Shown here one piece after another: positions 17,404-26,814 of a DNA stretch of 54,094 bases. The stretch spans positions 1-54,094 of the forward strand of contig CABMIU010000025.1 in the NCBI GenBank assembly GCA_902386385.1, written 5' to 3'. Position numbers and translations under genes: made by a program. The notes under the pieces were generated by a model. That model was given only the letters and a program-made list of their open reading frames with translations. It did no database searches and had not been told where the DNA came from. This stretch comes from an uncultured archaeon. GTDB taxonomy: Archaea; Iainarchaeota; Iainarchaeia; Iainarchaeales; Iainarchaeaceae. Positions within the stretch are counted from its first letter, which is position 1, and each line of letters starts with the position of its first letter.

Positions 17404-17985
17404 TCAGCTTTTTCCGAGAGCCTCATTGAACAGGCCGGAAGTTTCCTTGTTTTTGAAATTCATGCTGCTTACAATTACTTTCCCTTTTTCCGAAAGGCGG
17501 CGGTACATGAATCTTATCTTGTGCAGGGCTTTTTCCCTGCCGTTCCGTTCAAGGTAGAAAGGGATATTGTATTCCATGAAAGCAAGGCTGTCGGCTTCCA
17601 TGAGCAGGTTGGAGTCATCATTCCCGCCGGATTCATGCCGTTCAACTGCGTTGGCCATCCGGCTTATTTCTTCGTGGCTGAAGCCGTGCTTTTCCATCAT
17701 TTGGCTGAGGATGCCAGCCGACCTTTTCGCGTGCTCTCTTTTGAACTCTTCGTACCCCGAAAATCCATCGAGGCCTTTTTCGGTTATTCCGGTTACTGCT
17801 CTTTCGATGTCATGGCCAAAGGCGGCGATTTTCATTGCGTCCCCGCAGCCAGGGCTGAGTTTTATGAGCCATTTAAGCACGAGTTTTGCGTGGCAAAGCT
17901 CGTTCTTCAGCGGGGAACGCGGAAGAGTGCCCTCGATTTCCTTCTTTATCGCATTAAAGCCAGCCATAAGCAAAAAGCCATGCAA
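17404..17985 (-). CDS. HD-domain-like protein of unknown function
   Basis: 193 aa with ..IAAFGHDIERAV.. (HD dyad) and ..ERHESGG... Confidence 0.55.
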   Translation of the reverse strand: MHGFLLMAGFNAIKKEIEGTLPRSPLKNELCHAKLVLKWLIKLSPGCGDAMKIAAFGHDIERAVTGITEKGLDGFSGYEEFKREHAKRSAGILSQMMEKHGFSHEEISRMANAVERHESGGNDDSNLLMEADSLAFMEYNIPFYLERNGREKALHKIRFMYRRLSEKGKVIVSSMNFKNKETSGLFNEALGKS

Positions 17986-18003
17986 TGGAAATGGCGGGTT
18001 AAT

Positions 18004-18945
18004 TCATTTTTCCTTGTACTTCCACTTGCCCTCGCCGAGGCCCATGAACCTGCCCTGGCCTGATGAATCCTGCCCGCTGCTTAGCGGCAGGCCGTGCTCA
18101 TCCTTCTGCGCATAGATGCTGGATTCACCCATTTTCTGGCGGATGAATTGCGCGGAGAAAAGGAAAATGACTATTACAAGGACAACCCCGATGAGGTACA
18201 TCATAGGCGTTGCCGCACCGGAGGCAAGGCTCACGAATGCTGCTGCAGGGGCATCGTTCTTTTTGTTTGCCATGCCGCTCACCTGGGCCTGCTGCAGCTC
18301 ATAAATCTTCGAGGCAATTGACTGCGCGCCTGAAAGCTGCTCCGAAAGCGATGAAACCTTGGAATCGAAGTAGCGCGACTTGCCTATGAGGAAGGACACC
18401 TTGTTCGAGTCATCCGCTATCTTGCGCCACATGGTGTTCCTGTCTGCATCGTTGCCGGAAAGGCGAGAATCTACCTCGGAGAATTTTTCCTCAGCCTTCA
18501 GGCCGAATGACTCGTCAAGGGAGGTGAATGATATAACCGTCTTTGAATCTGAGCCTGATTCGGATGAAACGGATATTGAATGCTCGCCCTTGCCCAGTCC
18601 CATGTGCGAAACATAAAGCACGAGGCCGCCAGTGGAATTCGTGTTCTCATCCGCGAGGAATGCCTTGATTGCGAACTGGCCGTTGTAAGGGTCTGTTGTT
18701 ATTGTGCCGTTGGAGTAAACATCTAGAAGGGATGCATTGTCCACCTTTACAGTCGCCCTTGACCATGACTCGGTCGGGTCAAGCACAACCTTGAAGCCCC
18801 ATGAGACATTTTCAGGGACAGCGGCAGGCGCCTCGACTGAAATTGAATACGCAGGGCATGCAATAATCAGCAGGGCAAATGCCGCTAGGGCAGCCTCGGC
18901 GAGTAGGCTGTTGCCCGGCCCAGGTTTAATCAGCGGTATCATCAT
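18004..18945 (-). CDS. Secreted protein with a C-terminal membrane anchor, hypothetical
   Basis: It has an N-terminal signal-like segment (..AALAAFALLIIACPAYS..), N-x-S/T sites, one C-terminal helix (..MMYLIGVVLVIVIFLFSAQFI..) and a short cytoplasmic tail. Confidence 0.5.
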   Translation of the reverse strand: MMIPLIKPGPGNSLLAEAALAAFALLIIACPAYSISVEAPAAVPENVSWGFKVVLDPTESWSRATVKVDNASLLDVYSNGTITTDPYNGQFAIKAFLADENTNSTGGLVLYVSHMGLGKGEHSISVSSESGSDSKTVISFTSLDESFGLKAEEKFSEVDSRLSGNDADRNTMWRKIADDSNKVSFLIGKSRYFDSKVSSLSEQLSGAQSIASKIYELQQAQVSGMANKKNDAPAAAFVSLASGAATPMMYLIGVVLVIVIFLFSAQFIRQKMGESSIYAQKDEHGLPLSSGQDSSGQGRFMGLGEGKWKYKEK

Positions 18946-19071
18946 GGAAATAAGCGGTCAGATGTTAATAAAACGGATACAGGTAGTTTTCGCTGGTGGC
19001 TGATTCCTGCCCCTGGCATTTGCCTGAAAATTGCGTCCATTTTAAAAGGGAAATATGGGGAAATCTATCCG

Positions 19072-20232
19072 ATGCCGATCGAAAGGGTTAAGTTCGGAGA
19101 AAAGGAGATACTCCTCCTCGGAACGGCGCACATTTCAAAAGCCAGCACCGATGAAGTCAAGGAAGCCATCGAAAATGAGAAGCCGGACATTGTAGGGGTC
19201 GAGCTTGACATCAAGAGGTTCGAGCAGCTGCGCAACGGCGAGCGCTGGCAGAACATGAACATCGGCGACGTCATTTCATCGGGGCAGACATACCTTTTCC
19301 TGCTAACGGTTCTCCTAACAAACCTCCAGAGGTCCCTCGGCCAGCAGCTCGGCGTGAAGCCGGGCTCGGAAATGATACAGGCGATTAATGCAGCGGAGCA
19401 GAAAGGCATCCCCGTTGCGCTCCTGGACAGGGACGTGAATATCACCCTGAAAAGGGCGATGCAGAAAATGAGCATTGGCGAAAAACTGCATTTCGGGATA
19501 TCCGCAATAGCTGGGTTTTTCCCTGATGAGAGAAAGGCCCTTGACTCTGAAGCGGTTGAGAAGCTGAAGGAAAAGGACCTGCTGAGCGAGCTTATGAAGC
19601 AGCTCGCAAAGGAGCTACCTTCCGTTAAGTCAGTGCTCGTGGATGAGAGGGACGCTTACATCGCGAACAGCATCGCGAGCGCGCCGGGAAAAAAAGTGCT
19701 TGCAATCGTTGGCGCTGGCCATATCGAGGGGATAAAGGAATCCATTGGCAGGCCTGTTGACATCGAGGCCATTTCAAGAGTGGAAAAAAGCAGGGGCATT
19801 GACTGGGCAAAAATAATCCAGTGGGCAATCCCTGTTTCCTTCGTAATCCTCCTCGGCAGCCTTTTCCTTGCAAAAGGGCTGAACGTGACTCTGACCGCAA
19901 TGGTTTATTGGTTCCTTTCAACCGGATTGCTTGCAGCCCTAGGAACCTTTATTGCGGGAGGCCACCCGCTTTCTGTCCTTGCGGCATTCCTCGCAGCGCC
20001 GTTCACAACTCTGCACCCGCTCCTCGCAGCGGGCTGGGTAGCGGGATATGTCGAGGCAAAAATCAGGAACCCCAAGGTCAGGGATTTCGAGGGACTGGCG
20101 AACCTGAATTCCTTTGGCGATTTCACCAGGAACCAGGTGACAAGGATACTGCTCGTTGTCGGGTTGGCGAATATCGGCGCGACAATCGGCGTGATAATAG
20201 GGCTGCCGCTGGTGGCGTCGCTGCTGGGGTAA
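19072..20232 (+). CDS. TraB/PrgY-family protein
   Basis: 386 aa. The N-terminal ..ILLLGTAHISKASTDEV.. and ..IVGVELD.. motifs, followed by a C-terminal polytopic membrane domain, are typical of the TraB family. Confidence 0.75.
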   Translation: MPIERVKFGEKEILLLGTAHISKASTDEVKEAIENEKPDIVGVELDIKRFEQLRNGERWQNMNIGDVISSGQTYLFLLTVLLTNLQRSLGQQLGVKPGSEMIQAINAAEQKGIPVALLDRDVNITLKRAMQKMSIGEKLHFGISAIAGFFPDERKALDSEAVEKLKEKDLLSELMKQLAKELPSVKSVLVDERDAYIANSIASAPGKKVLAIVGAGHIEGIKESIGRPVDIEAISRVEKSRGIDWAKIIQWAIPVSFVILLGSLFLAKGLNVTLTAMVYWFLSTGLLAALGTFIAGGHPLSVLAAFLAAPFTTLHPLLAAGWVAGYVEAKIRNPKVRDFEGLANLNSFGDFTRNQVTRILLVVGLANIGATIGVIIGLPLVASLLG

Positions 20233-20239
20233 AATCGCG

Positions 20240-20872
20240 TCACTTTTTCTTCAGGTAAGGCAGCACCGTGCCTGCCTTCTCCGCCTCTTCAATCAGCTTC
20301 TTCGCATACAAAATCCTTTGCACCGAGCCGATTAGTGCCACAATTGCAATAGCCAACAAAAATATTTCAAGGCCTTTAATTCCAGCAATCGAAACAGAGA
20401 AAACCGAGGCAAGCAGGCCAAGCAGGAGCAGTATCATCCGCTCCGCGTGCTCTCCGATTGCCGGCCAGTCGCGGTTGTCGGTTATTATCACCAAGCCAAC
20501 GCGCGGCTTTGCGTAGGAATTAAGCATCGAAAAGCCGAGGGCGCAGGAAGCCGCAACAGGGTACATGAATGCGCATGCAATGAAGAGGATTATTTCCACG
20601 ACCTTGTCAACCATTGTCTCGAAATAATTCCCGAAAAGGGATTCCTTCTCCTGCAGGCGCGCAACCGCACCGTCAAAGAGGTCGATTGAGACAGCGAGAC
20701 AGGAGAAGATGAATGCAAAAAGGAAATTTTGCGAAGCGATGAAATATGCCGCGATTATTGCAAGCGGGATGGCAAGGAAGCTGAAGATGTTCGGATTGAT
20801 TCCAAGGGCCGCGAAAGGCTTTGCGACAGCTTCCGCGAAATGCCTTGTACCTTGCCTGATTTTGCCGAGCAT
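20240..20872 (-). CDS. CDP-alcohol phosphatidyltransferase family protein
   Basis: It contains ..DLFDGAVARLQ.. (the D-x2-DG-x2-AR signature) and is a polytopic membrane protein. The start was set at the ATG at 20872 (MLGKIRQG..). Confidence 0.8.
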   Translation of the reverse strand: MLGKIRQGTRHFAEAVAKPFAALGINPNIFSFLAIPLAIIAAYFIASQNFLFAFIFSCLAVSIDLFDGAVARLQEKESLFGNYFETMVDKVVEIILFIACAFMYPVAASCALGFSMLNSYAKPRVGLVIITDNRDWPAIGEHAERMILLLLGLLASVFSVSIAGIKGLEIFLLAIAIVALIGSVQRILYAKKLIEEAEKAGTVLPYLKKK

Positions 20873-20932
20873 ATGGTTCAAAATTAACAATGCACTAACA
20901 CACTTAAAAGGAAATAAGTGCATTTTACTACC

Positions 20933-21934
20933 ATGAAAATATCCTTCTTCGAGACCGAAAAGTGGGAGCAGGAGTATCTAGAGGAAAGGCTAAGTGGGCA
21001 TACCCTTTCTTTTTCCGCTAAAAATCTCGGCCCAAGCCAGGCAAAAAAAATCAGCGATGCTGAAGCGCTTGGCATTTTTATCTATTCCCCGATAGACAAG
21101 AAGGCCCTTGATGCCTTGCCAAGGCTCAAGCTTGTCACGACAATGTCCACTGGTTACAACCACATTGACCTGAAGGAATGCGCAAAGAGGGGCATAACAG
21201 TCTGCAACGTGCCGACATACGGCGAGAACACCGTTGCAGAGCACACCTTTGCGCTGCTGCTGGCCCTGTCGCGCAGGATACACCAGTCTTATGAGCGCAC
21301 AAGCAGGGCGGATTTCAGCGCAATCGGCCTGCGCGGCTTTGACCTCAAGGGCAAGACGATAGGGGTGGTTGGATGCGGGCACATCGGCAGGCACGTCGTG
21401 AGAATCGCGAAAGGCTTTGAAATGAATGTTATCGCCTATGAGAGGTTCCCTGACAGGAAACTCGAGAAAGAGCTCGGCTTCGCGCATGTTTCGCTCGAAG
21501 AACTTTACAGGCAATCGGATATAATTACATTTCATGTGCCGCTGAATGACGGCACACGGCACATGTTCGATGCAGATTCCCTAAAAAAAGTGAAAAAAGG
21601 CGTGACAATCCTAAATACTTCACGGGGGGAAATCATTGACACAAATGCGCTCATAAAAGGGCTTGAAAGCAAGGCAATCGGCAGCGCCGGCCTTGATGTC
21701 CTTGAGGGAGAATGCTTAATCCGCGAGGAAAAGCAGGTCATTGACCAGAATTTCAAGAAAGAATGCGACCTGCGGCAGGTGTTGCGGAACCACGTCCTCC
21801 TGAAGATGCAGAACGTGCTTATAACGCCACACAATGCATTCAACAGCCAGGAGGCGCTTGAAAGGATACTGAATACGACAATTGAGAACATTGAGGCATT
21901 TGCAAAGGGAATGCCGGTTAACATTGCCAAGTAA
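20933..21934 (+). CDS. D-isomer-specific 2-hydroxyacid dehydrogenase
   Basis: It contains ..GKTIGVVGCGHIGRHV.. (NAD fold) and ..ILNTSRGEIID.., and the catalytic His context ..ITPHNAF.. is present. Confidence 0.85.
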   Translation: MKISFFETEKWEQEYLEERLSGHTLSFSAKNLGPSQAKKISDAEALGIFIYSPIDKKALDALPRLKLVTTMSTGYNHIDLKECAKRGITVCNVPTYGENTVAEHTFALLLALSRRIHQSYERTSRADFSAIGLRGFDLKGKTIGVVGCGHIGRHVVRIAKGFEMNVIAYERFPDRKLEKELGFAHVSLEELYRQSDIITFHVPLNDGTRHMFDADSLKKVKKGVTILNTSRGEIIDTNALIKGLESKAIGSAGLDVLEGECLIREEKQVIDQNFKKECDLRQVLRNHVLLKMQNVLITPHNAFNSQEALERILNTTIENIEAFAKGMPVNIAK

Positions 21935-22045
21935 GGCGGGCGGCTTAAAAAAAACAAATTGATAATAATTAATTTTAATTGGAGTGGTAAGTTGATTATT
22001 ATATTGAAATCATTTTGAACGGTATAGTTTGTGAAGTGAGCAAAA

Positions 22046-23014
22046 ATGGTTGTCTGCATTATTGCCCTGTTTGTTTTCGGCATCCTGAGCATTTTCTCTG
22101 CGACGCACAGGCCGTTGTTCAAGGAGGCACTGGACTGCGTTTTCAGGAAAGCCACCTTGCGGCCATGCAACACAGGCCTCGACAGGCGCCTGAAGATGCT
22201 TGTTTCGGTAAAGGTGATGAAACGCAATGAAGGCCTAGGCAAATTCATCAACAAGCACTTTGAATCAATCTCAACATTGTTCACGCTCATTTTCATCGGC
22301 AGCATTGCATTCACCGGAATCGGCCTCTACAATTTCTGGGCTTACGGCAACTGCAACGGCCCGAACACGAACGCATTCTGCCCGCTGAGCCCTGAAACAT
22401 ATTCAGGGACAAACCCCCTTGAATGGCTTTTCCCTCCCTCGCCGGGGCAGGTAAAGATGGTTCCATTCGAAGGCCTCCCGATGAAAGGGAACGCGGATGC
22501 GCAAGTGAAGATTATCGAAGTCGGGTGCTTCACCTGCCCCTACACAAAGTCAACGGAATACCTTGTCCAGGAGGTTCTTGACAATTACAACGGGGCGGAT
22601 GGCAAAGGCGGGAAAGTTGCGCTTTATTTCAAGTACTTCCCCCTGCCAACGCACAATTATTCCTTCAAGGCGGCGGAGGCGGCGGAATGCGCGAGGGACC
22701 AGGGCAAGTTCTGGGAATACAAGGATTTGCTTTTCAAGAGGCAGCTCGAATGCACCCAAACCCCGGATGAAAGCCAGCTGCTGCAGCACTACAAGGGATT
22801 CGCCGCTGACCTGAACCTCGACACAACGTCGTTCAACGCATGTCTTGATTCAGGCAAGTATACGCAGCACGTGCAGCAACAGAAGCAGGAATCCATAAAC
22901 GCGGGCATCTACGGCACGCCGACATTCTTCATCAACGGAAAAGTGCTTGTCGCGCCGAAAACCATCGAGGAATTCTCTGCAGTGATTGACGCGGAACTGG
23001 CGAAGGCGAAATAA
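22046..23014 (+). CDS. Membrane-anchored DsbA-like thiol:disulfide oxidoreductase
   Basis: Two N-terminal helices are followed by a thioredoxin-fold domain with CFTC (..IIEVGCFTCPYT..) and a ..GTPTFFING.. cis-Pro loop. Extra Cys pairs occur at C31/C41 and C103/C112. Confidence 0.7.
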   Translation: MVVCIIALFVFGILSIFSATHRPLFKEALDCVFRKATLRPCNTGLDRRLKMLVSVKVMKRNEGLGKFINKHFESISTLFTLIFIGSIAFTGIGLYNFWAYGNCNGPNTNAFCPLSPETYSGTNPLEWLFPPSPGQVKMVPFEGLPMKGNADAQVKIIEVGCFTCPYTKSTEYLVQEVLDNYNGADGKGGKVALYFKYFPLPTHNYSFKAAEAAECARDQGKFWEYKDLLFKRQLECTQTPDESQLLQHYKGFAADLNLDTTSFNACLDSGKYTQHVQQQKQESINAGIYGTPTFFINGKVLVAPKTIEEFSAVIDAELAKAK

Positions 23015-23040
23015 TTCGGCTGAGAGTTTTGGCATCCGAA

Positions 23041-23304
23041 TTAATGCTGCAGCTTGTACCAACATTCATATTCTTTGTGGCCGCCAACGAAGTAGAATCT
23101 CACTTCGTTCGCCTGCTCAAAAACCCTATAAATTATCCTGTGCTGCCCGACTTCACCGACAAAAAATCTTGCGCCAGCCATCAAATGCCTTTTTTGCGGA
23201 TGCTCCAGAATTTTCTGGATTTTCTTTCCGACACGAACCTGAAGCTCTTTCTCCAGTTTCCGGAAATGCCAATTCCATTCAGCTTCAAATACAGGCAAAT
23301 ACAT
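23041..23304 (-). CDS. RelE/ParE-family type II toxin
   Basis: 87 aa with ..KKIQKILEHPQ.. and ..GQHRIIYRVFEQANEVRFYFVGGHKEYE.., which fits the RelE/StbE pattern. It lies 6 nt downstream of a small RHH gene. Confidence 0.7.
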   Translation of the reverse strand: MYLPVFEAEWNWHFRKLEKELQVRVGKKIQKILEHPQKRHLMAGARFFVGEVGQHRIIYRVFEQANEVRFYFVGGHKEYECWYKLQH

Positions 23305-23309
23305 AAAAG

Positions 23310-23579
23310 TTATTTTTTCTTCAGGTATTTCGCATATTCACCCAAAGCTTCTTCTGCAGTGAGAAGCTTCCTCTTTCCCTCAGCGACTTCCCTGTCCATC
23401 TGGTCAAGCTTCCTGTTCACAAGCTCGGCCTCACTCAGGCGCTCCTTGCCAAAGTTAATGACCGCGAGCCTCACGGCCTCCGATTTGGTGTTCGCAAAGC
23501 CCTGGCGGACCATTTCATCGAGTATTTCCATCGATTTCCCCCTGAAAACCACATTCATAAAAGAATCACCAAAAACCAT
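23310..23579 (-). CDS. Ribbon-helix-helix antitoxin candidate
   Basis: It contains ..MEILDEMVRQGFANTKSEAVRLAVINF.. (RHH-like). The start is uncertain and could be 23579 or 23558. Confidence 0.55.
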   Translation of the reverse strand: MVFGDSFMNVVFRGKSMEILDEMVRQGFANTKSEAVRLAVINFGKERLSEAELVNRKLDQMDREVAEGKRKLLTAEEALGEYAKYLKKK

Positions 23580-23991
23580 TAACCCCACAAATGCTTTAAA
23601 TATGTGCATATTTGGAGCATAATTGGAACATAAATTCAAAATCACAAACACCACTACAATAATATTCGGCAATCAACGTAAAAAGGTTTTGGTTTTGGAT
23701 GCCAAAAACAAGCCAAGAAACAAGGTGGCGATTGGCCAAATGGATAAGTGAAGCACAAATAACTTTTTCTATTGCCTTGCACACCGATAGTACAATATGC
23801 TTCCGGTGCTTTCTCCCCTTGCTACAATGAAAAGGCAAATATGGAAAACCACATTGAAGAAGTGCACAAGCTGCAGAAAGAGGAGGCTATCTGACACTTT
23901 TTACTCATCGAGGATGGCAGAACTGATGGCTCGGCAAAAATGCGGTCCCGCAACCGCAACAATTAAACATTGAACTTTCTTTTACTTTTCC

Positions 23992-25209
23992 ATGATTTCC
24001 GAGAAAATCCGCCAGGAGTTTCCCGCGCTGCAGAACAACCCCGGCCTTGTTTACCTTGATAACGCCGCGACAACCCTCAAGCCCAAATGCGTAATCGATG
24101 CCGTGCGGTCGTATTACGAGGAGTTTCCGGCGAACGTGGGCAGGGGTTCACACAGGCTCGCGCGCAAGGCAACTGAGAAATACGAGGACGCGAGGGCAAC
24201 TGTCGCAGGCTTTGTCGGAGCAAAGGAAAATGAGTTAGTTTTCACTAGGAATGCGACCGAGAGCATTAACCTTGCCGCGGTGTCACTGGAAAGGATGGGA
24301 CATTTCAATGCAGGCGACGAGGTTTTGGTTTCTTTCCTCGAGCACCACGCGAACCTCCTGCCATGGCAGCAGCTGTGCGAAAGAACAGGCACAAAATTGA
24401 AAGTGGCGAAACTCAACCCGGATTATACTCTGGACATGGGGGACCTCGCCAAAAAAGTTTCACGCAAGACCAAAATTGTCGCAATAGCCCATGCCTCGAA
24501 TACCGTCGCATCAATCCAGCCGGTTTCGGAGATTGCGAAGATTTGCCATGACAACGGCGCATTTTTCCTCGTGGACGGTGCACAGTCTGTTCCGCACATG
24601 GAAGTTAACGTGAGGAGAATCAACGCCGATTTTTACGCTTTCTCCGGCCACAAGATGCTCGGCCCGACTGGGACCGGGGCCCTTTATGGAAAAGAGGATT
24701 TGCTCGCAAAAATGCCCCCTTACAATTACGGCGGCGGAATGATAAGGAAAGTCACGGTTGAAAGGACGGAATTCGGCGATGCACCGCAGAAGTTCGAGGC
24801 CGGGACTCCCGCAATAGCCGAAGCTATAGGGTTTGGCGAAGCCTGCAGTTTCCTGAGGAAGCTCGGGATGCAGGACGTGCGCAACCACGAGAAGCAGCTC
24901 ACCAGGCACGGCCTCGGCAAAATCAGCAGTATAAAAGGGGTGAAGGTCTACTGCCCGGCGGATGCGGAGAAGCAGGCAGGCATCGTGATGTTCGGCATTG
25001 ACGGCATTGATGCGGTGGATGTCGCGGCAGCCCTTGATGAATCAGGGAAAATCGCGGTGCGCTCTGGGATGCACTGCGCCGAGCCCATCGTGGGAAGCAT
25101 AAATCCGCACGGCCTTGTTCGCGCGAGCTTTTACATTTACAACACTGCCGCTGAAGTTGACCTGCTCTGCAGCGAAATTGAAACCATTTCAAGGGCATTC
25201 GGCAAGTGA
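23992..25209 (+). CDS. sufS: Cysteine desulfurase (class V aminotransferase, SufS/Csd-like)
   Basis: 405 aa with ..YLDNAATTLKP.., ..FSGHKMLGPTGTGALYG.. (PLP Lys) and ..RSGMHCAEP.. (active-site Cys). Confidence 0.9.
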   Translation: MISEKIRQEFPALQNNPGLVYLDNAATTLKPKCVIDAVRSYYEEFPANVGRGSHRLARKATEKYEDARATVAGFVGAKENELVFTRNATESINLAAVSLERMGHFNAGDEVLVSFLEHHANLLPWQQLCERTGTKLKVAKLNPDYTLDMGDLAKKVSRKTKIVAIAHASNTVASIQPVSEIAKICHDNGAFFLVDGAQSVPHMEVNVRRINADFYAFSGHKMLGPTGTGALYGKEDLLAKMPPYNYGGGMIRKVTVERTEFGDAPQKFEAGTPAIAEAIGFGEACSFLRKLGMQDVRNHEKQLTRHGLGKISSIKGVKVYCPADAEKQAGIVMFGIDGIDAVDVAAALDESGKIAVRSGMHCAEPIVGSINPHGLVRASFYIYNTAAEVDLLCSEIETISRAFGK

Positions 25210-25320
25210 ATCTGACTGGAAATCTGCAGGGCAAAAAACCCGGAATATCGGCAATCGGCATAAAAATCATTTTGAGACCGCGGGGGGTATTTATATATGT
25301 TCTGCACCGAGTCCTAACAA

Positions 25321-26280
25321 ATGGCAAGAGTCGACATTTCGAATCTTTTCGGCGCCGCGGGCATAAAGCACAGCGGCTTTGTCGACATCAGCGGAAAAAT
25401 GCCGCAGATAGAGGAAAATCCAAAAGAGGACTGGCTTTACCTCTCGCTGATTGCGTTCAGGAAAGCTGAAAGCCTTTTCGGAAATAGCATTTCAAGCGCG
25501 GCTGCAATCGGCAGCGGCAACGGTGTTGACGCGATTGCAATGCTGCGCACATTCAAAAATCTAAGGCGGCTTCAGGTGACGGACATCGTGCCAGAAATTC
25601 TGCCGAAAATAAGCCAGAACATAAAGAAGAATTCAGCAGACATTATAGAGGGCAGGGAAATATCATATAAGCCTGGCAGAGACTGCCTGCCAGTCGAAGG
25701 GAAAGTCGACCTGATATACGCAAACCTGCCTTTGATGATGGCGTCCGGAAAATCATTCGGCAGGCTGAATTCAAATGTAGCCCTTGCTGACATGGGCTGC
25801 TATTTCGGCCTTTCAAACGGTAAAGAGGACCTGCTTTACAGGTATTCCCTCCTGCCGCAGCTCGGTTTCCTGCTCTCTGCAGGGGACAAGCTCGGCAAAA
25901 ATGGCAGGGTACTTACAATGGTCGGGGGAAGGCTGCCTGGAAATGCATTGGACGAGTGCTTTTCAAGGGCAGGAATGAAATATGAAAAATTTGCCTGCGC
26001 GTTCAAGAGCCACAGCGACATCGCTTTCCTCGAGGAATACGCGAGGCACGAGGCGGAAAACGGCCTGAGCTTTGAATTTTATGACTATGAAAAGGCAAGG
26101 GACAGGATAAGGGAAAAAATTGGCGTTGAGCCTCCTGCGGCAATGGACAAGGTCAACTGCACTAAGATGAAACCAATGATTTCCAGCGCAAGGATAAATG
26201 CAGCCGAAGCCCTGGCTCTTCACAGGAAAGGCGGGAAGATAGGGCACATAGCGTATGCGCTGCTCGCCTGCAAAAAATGA
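25321..26280 (+). CDS. Putative SAM-dependent methyltransferase
   Basis: It contains ..AAIGSGNGVDAI.. (motif I-like) and ..VDLIYANLPLM.. (motif IV-like). The family assignment is tentative. Confidence 0.45.
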   Translation: MARVDISNLFGAAGIKHSGFVDISGKMPQIEENPKEDWLYLSLIAFRKAESLFGNSISSAAAIGSGNGVDAIAMLRTFKNLRRLQVTDIVPEILPKISQNIKKNSADIIEGREISYKPGRDCLPVEGKVDLIYANLPLMMASGKSFGRLNSNVALADMGCYFGLSNGKEDLLYRYSLLPQLGFLLSAGDKLGKNGRVLTMVGGRLPGNALDECFSRAGMKYEKFACAFKSHSDIAFLEEYARHEAENGLSFEFYDYEKARDRIREKIGVEPPAAMDKVNCTKMKPMISSARINAAEALALHRKGGKIGHIAYALLACKK

Positions 26281-26339
26281 AGATGGCAAAAGGAACAGCG
26301 AGTCAGTGACCGCTCAGCCAGCACTAAAAACCGGTTTGC

Positions 26340-26423
26340 ATTATACCCCCTCGAAGAGGGAACCTCCGTCGCTCCGAAGCGGCGAAAGGCTTCGCGGGCC
26401 TTTCCGCGCGGGAAACCTTTTTT
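26340..26423 (+). terminator. Three consecutive hairpins followed by T6
   Basis: The hairpins are CCCTC-gaa-GAGGG, CGTCGC-tccgaa-GCGGCG and GAAAGGC-ttcgcgg-GCCTTTC. TTTTTT follows at 26418-26423, downstream of the methyltransferase gene. Confidence 0.4.
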
Positions 26424-26448
26424 AATCTAACCCACGGCATGGTTTGTA

Positions 26449-26814
26449 ATGGATAGCGGGCATGGTGAGGGCCCGGAAATAATCAGGACTGGATTCCGGA
26501 TGCAGCCAGCGAAAGCTCTTTGCGCGAAAGGCGGAAAAAGCCGCGGTCTTTGCATGCGTGAGCGGGCTTCGCTCAGGGAATTTTCTGTTTCTTTTGTTCT
26601 CCTGCAGGCTTTCCCGCTTTTCCTGCTAGCGGCTTTTGCAGTAATTGCGGGGACAAAGCTCGGCGTAATCGGCATCAACAAGGGACTTGCAATAATGCTC
26701 GTGCTTCTTGCCGGCTTCTACACGATAATGCCAAAACTCATTTCAAGGGTTTTCGACGGAATAATCGCGCTCAGGGAGGCGAGGATTTCATCAAGGCAAA
26801 GGGGGGTTTTGTGA
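26449..26814 (+). CDS. Small two-helix membrane protein overlapping the atpH start, hypothetical
   Basis: The hydrophobic core is ..FVLLQAFPLFLLAAFAVIAG..GLAIMLVLLAGFYTIM... The stop TGA overlaps the atpH GTGATG start. The true start is uncertain. Confidence 0.35.
   Translation: MDSGHGEGPEIIRTGFRMQPAKALCAKGGKSRGLCMRERASLREFSVSFVLLQAFPLFLLAAFAVIAGTKLGVIGINKGLAIMLVLLAGFYTIMPKLISRVFDGIIALREARISSRQRGVL

Noticed and set aside
23673-23991. Small ORFs (43 and 48 codons) in the spacer between the antitoxin gene and sufS, plus the 80-aa ORF 23596..23838
   Set aside because: They have no ribosome-binding motif, promoter signal or recognisable domain. The compositions are not convincing, so the region is treated as non-coding spacer.
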